Notes under the pieces: generated by a model
The model's database searches: none
Seen by the model: the letters and a program-made list of their open reading frames with translations, nothing else
Told to the model about the DNA's origin: nothing
Translations under genes and position numbers: made by a program
DNA from: Ptychomitrium polyphyllum
Lineage: Eukaryota
DNA length: 64,000 nt
Assembly: GCA_973851085.1 (NCBI GenBank)
Contig: OZ316775.1
Location: 8,866,001-8,930,000, forward strand
Direction: 5' to 3'
In this document: positions 1 through 13,011 of the stretch, one piece after another
Numbering within the stretch: the first letter of the stretch is position 1
Layout: the number at the start of each line of letters is the position of its first letter

Positions 1-1735
1 ACTTGTTGCTAAAAGAAAGGTGATGTCACAAATAGATTTAAAGTTAAATTTAGGGTTTAAGATTTAAGATTTAGGCATAGATTTAGATTTATAAAAATAA
101 TTTTGGAAGTTATAACTAACACTTAAAATGCCATAGAATGCCATAGGACATTAAATATTATTTCTGATGTAATATTTAAAATTCTTAGCTTTATATGAAG
201 TGTGCACCTCATCCAAAAAACTGAACATGATAAAGCCAAAGCCAACATATTTAAAGTCCACCTCAGAGTACCATGCTCCCGTCAGCGAACCAAAAACCTT
301 AGCCAATCCAAACCCTTTGCCAGGCGAACTTTCTAGAACCCAAAGAAAACACAAATGGAACTCAAGAGAACTCCAAGAGAACTCCAAACGAAGTCAAGGA
401 ACGCGGGCGGCAGGCACCGGCTTCAGCCAGTGATACCCCTCGCGAAACTTCCCCACGCGGTGTGCAAACAAAACCGTTACTATCCCTCAAAACGTCACTA
501 TCTAGATTACAGAAGTATTCGAGATTCTTTATTCTAAGGTCTTCGTAGATATTGGTGGTTTATGGTGTGATGACTGATTTAGAAGTGAGCATCTCTTAGG
601 GTTTGAAGCTTGGCTATGGTTTGGCAGAGCAGCGCAACATGCAAGCTCAGATTATTGAGCTGGTGGGTTGTTTCGTATCAGAGCATGGTGCGTCGTTCGT
701 CTCGTGAATCAGTCACCAGGTTAGACAATCATCAGTGGACTGGGTAATCATGAAGGGTTTCATTGCATGTGGGAAGATTCCGTGAGAAAATTGGGGCAGA
801 GTGGAGAACAGCAGGGGGAAGAGTGTTTGGGGTTGGGTTGTGGTGGAGGGCACTGTCCATGATGGGTTTACGGGATGATGGGGTGGTTTGGAATTGAGAG
901 CATTCATCGCCGGTGGTGAACTTTGACGCTTGGGTGTCGGTGGATTGGGGTCTTGGATGGATTTGTACGTGTCGTGGAGACAATCTTGATTGAAACTTCG
1001 TCTTGGTTTAATTGGACAGTGTTGGATTTTAGTAAGTCGTTTGATCACATACTCGTTTGAAGTGAGAGGGTTTTGTGAACTCTTCTGGCGTAGAGGACCA
1101 CAATCATGATCAGCAGTGGTTCTATCTTGTGGGGTTGTGGATGGAGTGATCGATAGATGTTTTGGGGATTTCTGAAATAGATTTGGTTCATGGAGGAGAG
1201 CTCAGGGTTGTCGGTAACGTGTTTCTAAATTTTGATATTTAGTTGTGGCTGCTGATGAGAGGGTTGTGGCACCTGCAGATGTGTTGAATATTGACTGAGA
1301 TAGTCTCCTGAGATAGGTTCCTTTGCAGGAAGGCCTGGAGGTAGGGCGAAGTGGGGAAGATGTCAGAGGATGATAACTCAGAGAGAACATACATGTTGCA
1401 AGGACTGGCTTCTGTATCAACTGGGGTGCTGGAATTGGAAGCGGAAGCAGGGTGTGTGGTTGAATGATAGGGCAGGGTTGAATGATAGTAGCTCGTGTTC
1501 GGGTGGACTGGCTGCTTCAGAGCAGCTGTTGGTTTTTACAGGTCTAAGTTTTTGATGTATATATGGTGGTATCATTTTGTACATTAAGGTGGGGGTTCGT
1601 GCATGCAATCCTTGTCGATAAAAGCAGCGTGATGCTCACGGTTTCGGAAATCTGGGCGAAAGGTTACAGAATTTTGGGTAGTCATCTATTGAAACTGTCG
1701 GGGTTTGAGTTTAGGAGGAAGACATCGTTAGCATC

Positions 1736-4691
1736 ATGAAGGTGCCTGAGGTTGCGACTGCTGCTGTCGCCGTCGGTGCGGAGACCTCTGTGCATACATG
1801 GGCTGTTGTGGTGGCTCTAGTCTTTGTCCTCTTTTCCCTCTCGCTGTCAACATTCCTTCTCTTCGATCATCTCTCGACCTACAACGATCCTGAGGTTTGG
1901 ATCTGTTCTTATTGAACCCTTGTCGATATTTTTAATTTTACGATGGTTCGTAGGGTGTGCTAGTCCAACTGTCCTGTTGCCCAGCTGTTTAGGGTTTAGG
2001 GAATATTGCTGTATGCACCTCAATGTCTGCTGTTAGTGCTTGAAAAATTTCAGGTCCTTAATAGAGGTTATAGTGAATTTCTTTCCGTTTTTAGTAACGT
2101 TTTATGTTATCGGTTGCTGGGGTTCTGACCTACATCAGTCTTACAGGAGCAAAAATGGATCATTGGCATTATTTTCATGGTCCCTGTCTATGGAGTAACT
2201 TCAGTAAGTGCGTTGTGTCTTTCTTTTTTGGTTGTGATTTGGGATGTTTTTGAACCGGTACCTGGCTCTCTTGTGAGACTGGTTCTTTGAAGTATTTGTC
2301 GGGCGAATCATTGGCAGTCAACTATAACTAACTAGCACTTCTCTTTGGCTGACAGTTTATTTCACTATGGAAGCCGAGTCTTTCTCTGAAGTGCAGTATA
2401 TTGGGCAATTGTTACGAGGCTTATGCACTTTACTCATTTGGATGCTATTTGATAGCATGCTTAGGTACGCGGGTTTCCAGCTCAAACTTGTTTTATTGCT
2501 CTATTGTTGCTGGATGAGTTCTTGTTTTAGCTGGAGGGTAGTGCATATGGGCTGTTACGACCTTGTCTACAAAACTCTATTTCTCGTGTTGCGAATATTG
2601 TCTCAAGTACCTCATACCGTGAAATCTACAAATAAGAGGTCGCTGTTTCCAGATGTTACCTCTTGAAGCTGACGGTTTGTGGTTATTGTTGTTTCAGGTG
2701 GGGAAGACACAGTCATACAAAAGTTAGATAGGCAAGGGTTGATGGGGCCACGCACACCGTTGTTGGAACACACTGCAGGAATCAGGGCGTTGGTGCAGCA
2801 TCCCGCACCCCTGAAGTGGTGTATGGACCCCTGGGAATTGGGGCGCCCATTTTATAATGCTGTGAAGTTTGGCATTGTGCAGTATGTAAGTCGTTTATTG
2901 TCGATTATCTATTTACTGCTGTTCTTCTGAGTTTCTGTTAGATTTGTTTCAGTTTATGTAGGTGCATTAACCCACGTGCATTGGTTTTGAAAATACATGT
3001 TCTTTTTGTCAGGTTTTTTTTTATATGTTGTTTTTGGGTCAGCTTCCAGGGGGCGGAGTGTTTTCTTGGTCTTGTGTGAGTGGTGCCACCTTTGTTAATA
3101 CTTGTGAAGGCATTCAATCCTTAATGCACGCTTCTATTATGCTTACGCAAGTTGCTGACAATGTGCAGATGATATTGAAAACAGCGTGTGCTTTGGTTGC
3201 TCTTGTGTTAGAGCTTTTTTCACTGTATGGGGATGGAGAATTCACATGGTACAATGGGTAAGTTAACACTCCTTTCAGCTTTTATTTGAAGAAGCAATGT
3301 TTCTGCATCAGATCTACTCCTTTTTCTGCATTCAGTGTTTTCCTTCAAACCTCTAGCAGTGTTTGACGAATTTTGTGTAGAGGTTTACTTAGTAGCCGTA
3401 GTCATGTCACCGTGGTTTTAATTGCAGGTATCCTTACATAACGGTGGTTCTTAATTTCAGTCAAACATGGGCTCTATATTGTTTGGTACAATTTTACTAT
3501 ATCACTCATGAGGATTTGCGGGACATCAAACCATTGTCTAAATTTGTGTGTTTCAAATCCATCATATTTGCCACCTGGTGGCAAGGGGTTTTCTTAGCCT
3601 GCTTCTTCTCATCACCTTTGGCAAAAGCGTGGTTCCCTCATGATGCTATTACTAAGGGGAACCTTCAGACCAGTTTCCAGGATTTTTTGATTTGTATTGA
3701 GGTATGCTTTTCTATTCCTTAACTTCTCTAGTAAATTCTTGTTCGGTGATATGATTGTGTTCGTTGTTATGTTCGATGAGAAGTTTTCGGGAAGAGACGA
3801 ATTTGAAAATTTTCTGTAACAATTTCATATGTTTCAAAGTATGGTAGAATTTGAATGTAGCCATTGATATGATTATCTTACTAATTTGTTGTGGTTCTCT
3901 GTCTTGATGTCTTTACGCAGATGGCAGTTGCAAGTGTTGCACATTTATATATATTTCCTGCCACACCATATCATGAGTTAGAAGGTGGGAAAGATCGCAG
4001 TGTGAAAGTACTAGCTGACTATGCAGCGTTTGACTCTCCTCTTGATCCGGAGGAAATCAGGGAGAGCGAGCGACCATCCATGGTGAAGTTCTTTGGTGTA
4101 GATGTAGAGAAAGGAGCCACTAGCGTCAAAGAAAGTGTTCATGATGTGCTTGTAGTAGGTGGAAACCATGTAAGTTCATTCCCATATCTGAATCACTCCC
4201 CTACTTTCTTACATTTCCTTTTTATCATTCATTAAAACGCTAGAGGCTTTTTACGTTCATTTCCTGCTTTTTGCTCTGAGCTCTTCACCTTCACTTGTGG
4301 GCTCTCTTATGATAGTTCTGTCTGTGTCATCTTTTAGGTGGTACATGATATGAAATTGACCATGTCTCAAGCGGTGGAGCCCGTAGAGAAAGGCTTTACA
4401 AGGATAAATGAAACTATCCAATTTTGGGGTGGGAAGCAAAAGGATAAAAAGAGGCACGTGAGCAAAGACGATTCCTGGGTAGCTTCTCAAACAGCAACTC
4501 GTTCTCGTTCTGAGGATGTGAGGGGTTATGACGATCCCCTGCTTACTGGAAGTGTTAGTGACAGTGGGTTTTGGCGAGCCAGGAGGTCGGCCCTTTCATA
4601 TGGTAGTGCCGAGAGTAGTGGAGGAGAAAACAGTGATCCAGGATTTGGAGGGTTTAAAACGTCTGGGAAGCGCTGGACTATAAAGAGGTGA
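1736..4691 (+). CDS. TMEM184 / LAZARUS1 (LAZ1)-like membrane protein, organic solute transporter Ostalpha family, ~492 aa, 8 exons
   Basis: In-frame GT-AG exons 1736-1894, 2147-2203, 2356-2464, 2698-2885, 3169-3257, 3428-3701, 3921-4169, 4338-4691. Family motifs: HLSTYNDPEEQKWIIGIIFMVPVY, CYEAYALYSFGCYL, KFGIVQYMILK, SQTWALYCLVQFY, KPLSKFVCFKSIIFATWWQG, QDFLICIEMA. Confidence 0.93.
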
Positions 4692-6609
4692 CACTTGAAT
4701 GTAATTAGTTATACCTCGATAAACTTGCTGCTATTGCTGATTAGGGTACTAGAGCTCGAAATCGAGCAAAGATTGGCCTCCTTAGCGATCATCTTGTTAG
4801 TAAAATTGAGGCTGATGGGCTGTAACTCGGCCCCTCTTGTACACTATCAATAACGTCTGGGTTTGACTTTCAACTTGTCATTTCAGAACGATCTTTGGTA
4901 TTTGACCAGGCAGTCGTCACCCATTATCCTCCACATGTTAAATATTGAGTTTTAAAAATTTTAAAACTTTTTTACTTTCGTCTTTTTGTGGATTTGTTGT
5001 TTTTGCTTTCACATTGCATGGTAGCAATTTTCCCGATTTCAATCCACCACTTGACGCCCTTACTGGGCTTGTGGTGTACAAAATGTTCCATCTGCATTTG
5101 TTCATCTTTGCAATGACAGGCCTCTGCTGTATTACTTTTCCTAGCACGGAACTTCGTTATTGAGTATTGGAGGGAACATTCTGTCAGTTGGCTTTCACAG
5201 AGTATTTTAAGTCAACCGTTCGTTATTGCTGTTATAGTTCGAAAGATCCTTCGCAATGAACTGTTGCTTTCTATCGCAAGATTGTAAATGATTGGGCTGG
5301 TAAGTGATTGTCTCCCATTTACTTTTCAAAAGCTTACATGAAATATTGCATCTTGTGTGACTGCAACAGTTATACGAGTCTGACACAAAAAATCCATTTG
5401 TAGAATATGTGACGTTACATTACGTCATTGGTATCAAGAATTACTAGTTCTGCCTCGCTGTTCAACCTAGTTCTCTGAAGAACTTTGAACACGCTTGAAG
5501 CTGAAAGGGTTCCAATTCTGTGAATTATTATTGGAGACCGTGCTTGCGACTCCCGCACTCGCACTCTGCAAATTAGAGGCGGTGGACGGATTCGGGAGCC
5601 AATTGAATGTTGTTGACTAATTTATCTAGTGTCAAACAGAATACTACACCGGTATGTATTTTGGACTACTATTTGTAAAAAGAATCTAGTGACTCATGAG
5701 GTATCACTATATCGCATAAAGTAGTGTACTGTAATGATCCCTTTATGCTGAGAGCTATTATATTCAGCCTGTTGTGCGTGGATGAATTTCTATTGCGGGA
5801 GTGACTGAGAAGCTGGGAGAGTTCAATAGCAGTGATCTATTGAGAGGGAGAGTGGGAAGGGTCCTGTGACAACCCACTCTGATCTCCTAGATGCGTCTCT
5901 TCGCTTGCCTACCATAGCATTCTCTCATCAAAGCAACCTGGTCGCTGTGCACAAAAATCCCCTAACATAATGAATTCAGGTCCACCATGTACTCAATACT
6001 GCCCTCACTCGACTTCTGACTAACCGGCATAATCTTCACCGACCTAGCTCCCACTTTAGACTGCACAACACCTTGCTTTCCTTTGCCCTCTGTAACTTCA
6101 GAAAGGGATTTAGAAAATGGATCATCAAGCTCTCTAATTGATCGATTCAACAAGATCTGAAAACCAAGAAAAACTCCAAGGATGCTGAGTTCAATGCAAG
6201 ACGCATTGGATTAACGGCTCCATCAAACCAACAAATTTCAGAGTGTATGTTGAAGCCAGCTTCAGGATCACTTCCATGGGAGTCTGCTTTCATGACTATC
6301 ATCAGGTTGAGGTTTTAATTCTAAAGATCGAGAAGTATAAAATAGGCAAAGGAATGTTGCATCTGAGCGCTAACTTTCCACCCGGCAAGGTTAGGTGTAC
6401 GAATTCACAGCAACAATTTGCACCGCTGCCAAGCAGAAAGTAATGAGCTACAGCGATGAGCACTTGTACAAATGTTACACTCCTGCATTGCCATGTGATG
6501 ATCTACATACGTTCTATGGCAGCTTCATCAACATTGATGGCATAATCTGGAAATTAGCCTTGTATTTTCCTAGTTACCAGGATTTCAGAGACGCTGTGCA
6601 TTGCCTTGA

Positions 6610-7956
6610 ATGACGTTCACATTACGAAAGGGACGTCTGAAGAAGGTGAGATTCAAAGGAAAGGACAACCGCCGCCAGCACTGCCGCCGTGCTGCTAGTC
6701 GTTTTAGAAAAGACCAACTAGGTCGAGTGAATAAAAGCAGCGGAGCTAGAGCCATGTCGGAGGTGGGATTGCCGAGCGAGGTGATGGAGCTCATCTTCGA
6801 GCGCCTGCCCACTCTGAGCTTGCTGCGTTTCACGACTGTATGTAAGCGATGGCGGGACTCCATTGTTGCGCGAGCAGCAGCTCCGAGAAATGGCGTTGCA
6901 ATAGCAGAGAACTGGTTGCTTATGATCACCGATGGACTTCATCTGGGTAAGCTCTCGGCCTACAACCCCGCACGAGAGCAATGGCATTCCATCCGGCTCC
7001 CTGTCGACAGCAACAACAGGTTCCCGTTCGCCGTCGCAGCCGACGGCAACCTTGTGTGCATGAGCGACCGCTGCTACCGCAAGTTTGGAACCTACGGGCG
7101 TCTTGCGGTGTGCGACCCCCTGCTCAAGCTATGGCACGAGCTACCGCCCCTTCGGAGCTGGGGTGTCATCCAGGGCATGTCCGTCGACCCAACAACGCGC
7201 GCTGTGAAGATCCTCGCCACGAACTTCCTCGACAGCGACGACGGCGCTTACAAGCTCACCTGCGCTGAGCTTTACGACACATCCGCTACAACGCAAGCCC
7301 TCGCGCCCGCGCACTGGAAGATGGTCCTGCCCCCAACTTCTCTCCTCGCTGCGGATTGCTGCTCTGTTTTCTGCAATGCCAGGTTCGTCTTCCTCGCCCC
7401 GGACTACAGCCTCTTCGCCTTCGATGTCAGCAACGAGAGCTGGATCCGGGTGCCGGCTAGCCCTCTCCCTAAACCACGACGCTCATTGCAAGCCCACAAG
7501 AAACTCCTAGTCTGCGACGACTCCATCTTCCTGTTCACCATCGAGGTCAACACCGACGACCCCACAAGCCGCAACCTCGTGGTGTGGAGCTTGACTTCGG
7601 CCATGGAGTGGGCCGAGGTTGCCAAGGCACCCCCATCGGTGACGACCCGATTCTTCGACTTCGTCCACAACCCAGACGTCGAAGATCAAACTGCCACTGA
7701 TCAAGACTCGGAGGTGGTCTCTCAGCTAAACGGATACTCCTCATTGCGGCATTGGACAGCGTCCGGGGAAGCGCACAACGATGTGTTCCGCGTGTGGGCG
7801 GTGACGGTGGGGAGATCCGCCATCTTCCTCAAGAACACACTGTTGCCGCAGCTGCTGCAGGTGGATCTCTCCAAGGCTGGCGATGCGCGGTGGCGCTGGG
7901 TGCTGTGTCCTCACCATGTCCCACTGTCCGCCCGCCCCGTCCGATTCTTGTTGTGA
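6610..7956 (+). CDS. F-box protein (F-box plus kelch/FBA-like beta-rich C-terminal region), single exon; start is ATG 6610 or ATG 6754
   Basis: 448-aa ORF with canonical F-box LPSEVMELIFERLPTLSLLRFTTVCKRWRDSI, followed by typical plant F-box repeat elements (AYNPAREQWHSI, LAVCDPLLKLWHELPP, AFDVSNESW, WAEVAKAP). GC-rich codon usage. Confidence 0.88.
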   Translation: MTFTLRKGRLKKVRFKGKDNRRQHCRRAASRFRKDQLGRVNKSSGARAMSEVGLPSEVMELIFERLPTLSLLRFTTVCKRWRDSIVARAAAPRNGVAIAENWLLMITDGLHLGKLSAYNPAREQWHSIRLPVDSNNRFPFAVAADGNLVCMSDRCYRKFGTYGRLAVCDPLLKLWHELPPLRSWGVIQGMSVDPTTRAVKILATNFLDSDDGAYKLTCAELYDTSATTQALAPAHWKMVLPPTSLLAADCCSVFCNARFVFLAPDYSLFAFDVSNESWIRVPASPLPKPRRSLQAHKKLLVCDDSIFLFTIEVNTDDPTSRNLVVWSLTSAMEWAEVAKAPPSVTTRFFDFVHNPDVEDQTATDQDSEVVSQLNGYSSLRHWTASGEAHNDVFRVWAVTVGRSAIFLKNTLLPQLLQVDLSKAGDARWRWVLCPHHVPLSARPVRFLL

Positions 7957-8953
7957 CGCAGATCATACACTATTATCCGATCATCCGATTAGCCATCTTT
8001 CAGAGACCACTTCACGTCCAGTTTTCAAATGCGGCTTCGAAACGAGAAACTCGCGTACTGAAATTATTCTTTGGAGAGATAACTAATGGGTGTTGAAGGA
8101 GCTAACAGTACTCTGACTTCGCGCAGTGTGATGCAATGGCATGCATGCATCTAACGCTTCTTAGTACCCACCCCTGAATTCGACGTCGAATCATCGGGTA
8201 CTGACTCAAGCATGTATAGCAAGGCTGTTTTGTTCGAACTGCGCTGCAGATGAAGATCTTCTACTCCAGGCTATGGCGACAATCAATATGTGTTCATCCC
8301 TTGTGTTCATCTTCGATCTTGGTGGCACAGATTCGTGCCTTAGGTGTGACGAAGCTCTTTAATGAATCCAACGTGATTTCTAGTTCAAGACCTGCGCTAT
8401 TTTCAAACACTGCATCCTATGAAGTTTTGGATGGAAAAATCTTCCCATTACCACCATTCCATAGTCCTATTTGTATCCGATCTTAGACCATTATCATGAC
8501 ATGTTAAGCCTAAATGACAAGAGTTTGGTGATTACTAGTAATGCACAAAGTAAATTCTAGTCTTTTATACATAGTGTCTCTTTTTAATTGACAATCTATA
8601 CATTTTGACAATAACCAAAGTTATATGTGAAACTATAATGAGGAGAAAACCATGTACATATATACAATATCAGCTTACTTTATTGGAAATGGCACCAAAA
8701 TATCAAATGTTCTCAAATACTACATCTTCCAAACTCAGCCATTGTTGGATTTCTCGACCACCAACTTTTGAAGAACAATAGTGAAAATGAATTTTAAAAT
8801 ATTAAAGAACCATGCTTCAATTGTTGAACATGTAGTGCTTTCATACTCCCAATAACAGTGAGCCTTCAAAGACAAATGCATTTATAATTACAGCTACTTT
8901 ATACAATACGTCCACAAGTCGATGCAAATTTAGTGAGTTATATATCAACATAG

Positions 8954-11900
8954 TTAAAATACAGGGCACCCATTTTGCACTACCCCAGGTGTTGTAGGGC
9001 ATGTTGCTAGAGGGCAATTATCAAGGTTTTCACCCCACCAGTTCATATTCTTTTCTTTAAGTTGAAGAACAAAGTAAAGGAGGACTCCCATAAATGCCAG
9101 CCCTGCATCAAGAGCGGCAGAGAGAACATAATTGTAACGTTGCCACCATACCTTACGGTATTTAAATATTAAATAGTTGAAGACAAAACCAACCAAGAAC
9201 CAGGAAGTATAGTTTACAGCCGTGGCAGGCGGCATCATCCCAGTTGCCCCAATCAAAATTGGAGTGTAAACGTATGTGGGCCATTTTTTCTTTGGAAAGA
9301 TCTTGTGCAATATCCAAAATGGAATTGGTGCAAGGGCTCCAAACAAGAAAAACCAATTGACATCATTGTAGAGTCCAAACTCTCCAAACATACGCCTTGG
9401 TCCAATGAGACCCCATATAACGGATGCATCAAAGAAAACAGTATCAGAAGGGCATGTCCAAGGGCTATTGGCTGGAAGAAGATCCGATTGGCAGATATTT
9501 GGAATGGATGTTAGTAACCACCATGCTGTGCCAAGATTCATGATTGCAGCAATCACTGTTCCAAGTAACTGGACACATAACAAAATTGCCTTGTTAACAT
9601 TCATTGCATTTACTGTCTATGAGCTATGAATAGTAAGCATGGAAGTCAATTAAAAACAAGTAGAACATCTATCTAGGTAGCAGTTAATGGATGCATTTTA
9701 TCACTAGTGAATAAAATCCTTTTGATCCCCTACCTGTATAATAACCTTGCTTAGAGTTTCATGAACAAATAAGGTTTAGACTGGCTGTGTAAAGTATTTA
9801 ACTTTGCTTCTTACTTGAGCATGGAACATTGCTCGTGGTGGAATTTTCATGTAATGACCCAGCTTGAAATCAGAAAGGAAAGAGACAGCTTGAGTCATGC
9901 TGATATATCCATAAGTTTTGAAGCACACATTTGCCACTGGTCTACCAGGGTATATGTACCCAATCATATACTCAGTGATGATATTGAGTCCTGGTGTCTG
10001 AAAACATGATGAGCTTAGCATTATTAATGACTTAGCTCCTAACAACAATTGTGCAATTGCAAAAAGTATTGCAAAGAAAAATGCATTGCACAAAAGAGAA
10101 ATGATTATGACATGACATAAGCTCATTAGTGATGTCCAATAAGGAGAAGTGAGCTTACCTGATTAGTGATAGCAGTGATTACCCCAATTGGAAGAGTGAA
10201 GACAAGAGCCAAACTACATGCAAGAAGTACTCCCCACCATTGCAATTGCAACTGTTCATTATATACCTCACAAGTCACAATGGAAATTAAGATCATAACA
10301 CTCAAAATTCCAAGGAACCACAATTGAGGTACTTCTTTGTAACTTTTCATCAACCGGGTGTGTACATCAGGCTTTTCATTCAAACTTGATTTACTCCGTT
10401 GCCATATTTCTCTAAATTTTATTTGTAAACCACCAAACTTGTCAATTAAATATCCATAAAAAAATCCTACATAATTGAGTACTTTTACAACAACAATTAA
10501 TAATTTGTTTCATTGGAATTGATTTACATGCAAATCCTTTCAACAACTATATGGTAAAATAATATTGTAAAGGATCGATTAATGAAAGATGCAAGTAATC
10601 AAACATGAACATACTATCAAAAAGATATATCTTGTAGAATGCATATACTGATAAGTTATCAATATATGAGTTGGGAGATATAATACCGGCCATGGAAGAG
10701 GATAACGTGGGATAGTGAAGCAGTAAGAGCAGCAAATCCAACTCCATATGTAAAAGCAAAAAATGTACTAAGATGCAACTGTCCATATTCCTTATAGGCA
10801 TACTCATCCAGCTCAAATTTTGAATTGATAACCTTATTGATGTTATACGGTTGACCATTGCCTCTAAAAAAACGACTAGAAAAAATTGGAAAAGTTCTTG
10901 CTTTGTACAAATTGTTGTAATAAGCAATGGGAGTAATTATATAAATAGATATGAAGAAACCCGCAAATATGTTGGCTACAGCAAAGAATGGTGTGGCAAG
11001 TGGGCTCAAAAGATAGGACGAAACAGAGGCCCAATCTAAAGCAATAGCACCAACACCAAGACCTTTCATTCCTGATCCAACTTGTTGAGCAATAACTGAA
11101 TGAGGCCATGTCCAACAAATCCATGAAAGGGATGACAATATGGCAAAGAGATAGCCGGGAAGAACATAGTAAGCAAAGCTACATGTCAGTGCTATGAGAA
11201 AGAATTGGATGCGGGTTAGTCCCCCCTTCCGTCGAATATCTTTTTCATGCAAAGTCCTAGAAATCACAACAATGGAGAGTAGTTATTGTATTGAGCCATT
11301 ATTAGAATGCAATATTAAAATTCAAGGTTGCCCTCATCATCTTCCTGCAAAGATTGAGCATATTGGTGACTGACCTAAACAATGATACTTGGACTAAATT
11401 TGCAGGCCACCACATCTGAGCAGGCTTTACCAAGTATTCCCGAAATATGCCTGCCCATCCATATCCAATCATCTGCAAAGGCAAGTTTCAAACAAAATCA
11501 TGGCAACATTACAATATATTCCATTATGCGTACATATTAATTATGTAGATTCATTGTAAATTTTAGTATCATTTCCTTTAAGGTTTGCTAGGCTAAAACA
11601 TGTAAAGATTACATAATACATGATTGAAATTAGTGCAATGCTTGAGCTTATACATATTGATATTCTTTTGCTTGTTTATAAATGAATAGACATGGATTAT
11701 AGACAATCTTATTGTACATTTTTCAATCACATATTCCATCAGAAATAACAAAGAAAGTAGACATGAAAATACATCAATATACATAAAAAGTGGTTATACC
11801 TGGGTGGTAATGGTGATTAGTAATCCTACAAAAAACGTGATCTTTTTTTTATAAAAAGCCTTCAAAATAGTTACTATACCAATAGCATAGGCACCTCCAG

Positions 11901-13011
11901 CACCCGAATTGGCAAAAATAGTTATGAGCACATGTTCCTTCACATTGAAAGGTCCAGGATTCATAGTCCATTTCCAATTTGTAAAAGGAACTCTATAATG
12001 TGTAGTTGGTAAAGTTGCTGCCATTATACGTCCCAAAGGCAATGCTGCAATTTGAGCAGAGATTGCCGTGATGGTCAAAGGCTCAGATCGGTATGAAAAG
12101 AACTGGTTCATGAATGCAAGTATAGCACATGAAAGAATACCCAATGTCCACATCCGAAATGTATACACCGGAGTTGATGGATCATCAAGAGTAGACACCG
12201 TGAGGGCCACCTCTTCAATAGGAGATTGATCTAGAACAACTTCTTCTCCATCTAAGCCTTTCAACTTTTGCTCATAATTCACATAATGAGAATTCTCTGA
12301 ATTACCAACTCCACATAGTTTCAACAAAATGAAAACCATTTGAAAAATCTATCACTTAAATACAAGCATGTAAACTAGATTGCTCTTATTTCTACAAAAT
12401 CAAGACAAAGAATAGAATTTAAATTATAGAGCTTAAACGATGATTTTGATAAGATTTGTTTCATTAAAAAACCAATTTAATTCAAACTTGAATTGGGAAG
12501 TCCATTAGAAAAACCAAAAAAAATTCATAATCTTACAATGATGGCACACTAGTTGACAAATAGTTGTCAATAAGCAATGGATATATCTTTAATGAAGCAA
12601 CATATTTAAAATAGATTTTTATTCTCACATTCTCTATGACTTACATATGCAAGATCTTATCAATTAGTAAATAAACTCTTTCAATTACATGTCTTGATGT
12701 GGACTTAGAAGCAAAATTTTGACTTTTATATGTTTAAATGACAAGTTGATATAGGCAAGATATGCATAATTTTGAATTTAAAGGAAGGAAAACATTGCTT
12801 TATTCAATCTTTAGAAATATATAAGGAACAAGGGTATACAAGCTAGTTTATAAAAGACACCTGTAAATTTTGTTGGTGGAGATTCATGGTTGTGGTTAGC
12901 ATTCATGTTGTTAACATGGTACTTCAAATTGTGCACATCATTATTCTCCTCATGAATGTTTTGTATTGAAGAATCTAAGATTGGAACAACATCATTTGTT
13001 TGCAAAGCCAT
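8954..13011 (-). CDS. OPT: Oligopeptide transporter (OPT family, OPT clade), ~788 aa, 7 coding exons
   Basis: Exons 13011-12861, 12296-11800, 11472-11375, 11256-10687, 10411-10159, 9997-9815, 9568-8954 splice in frame (2367 nt). Signature motifs [69 protein letters not shown]. First exon is less certain. Confidence 0.95.

Noticed and set aside
713..1608. Several 60-110 aa ORFs upstream of the LAZ1-like start
   Set aside because: G/T-skewed leader or intron-like sequence producing low-complexity antisense ORFs; no family similarity.
6585..8096. Multiple overlapping and antisense ORFs across the F-box gene
   Set aside because: Expected shadow ORFs of a GC-rich CDS; no recognisable motifs.
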